Assembly (NCBI GenBank): GCA_943326015.2
Contig: CALPRQ020000008.1
Span: forward strand, 4,369-68,368
Direction: 5' to 3'
From: Chitinophaga pinensis
GTDB taxonomy: Bacteria; Pseudomonadota; Gammaproteobacteria; Burkholderiales; Burkholderiaceae_C
DNA: 64,000 bases
The translations under genes were made by a program, and so were the position numbers. Shown piece after piece: positions 62,036 through 64,000 of this stretch. Each line of letters opens with the position of its first letter. The stretch's first letter is position 1. The notes beneath the pieces are model-generated. The model was given only the letters and a program-made list of their open reading frames with translations. It was not told the DNA's origin and ran no database searches.

Positions 62036-64000
<1,965 letters not shown>

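Overview
High-GC betaproteobacterial chromosome segment, probably Burkholderiales/Comamonadaceae-like (inferred from protein families and gene order). It is mostly housekeeping (pyk, argS, lptAB-rpoN, pgk, maeB, rsmA-surA-lptD, amgK-rsmE, corA, hpf-ptsN-hprK, fur, bamE, dapB, leuS). Accessory blocks: an arsR-arsC-acr3-arsD-arsA operon; a 7-gene envelope-modification cluster (ugd, PAP2 phosphatase, flippase-like protein, GT2, two ArnT-like transferases, UDP-glucuronate 4-epimerase); a cobalamin-riboswitch-controlled early-cobalt-insertion corrin-ring cluster that ends in an apparent deletion scar; and three signalling genes. I found no CRISPR array, tRNA, rRNA, integrase or transposase. Best leads: (1) the envelope cluster resembles a rhizobial Rgt/LpxE-type galacturonic-acid-for-phosphate lipid A modification system; (2) an orphan ~105-nt sRNA with a consensus sigma70 promoter, an anti-Shine-Dalgarno loop and its own terminator at 22282-22422; (3) a 30-codon remnant of a CysG/CobA-like gene closing the cob cluster; (4) a barstar and a PIN nuclease that each lack their usual partner. 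Functional calls come from motif recognition only, without database searches. Many starts were moved from the ORF track using RBS and gene-overlap evidence.
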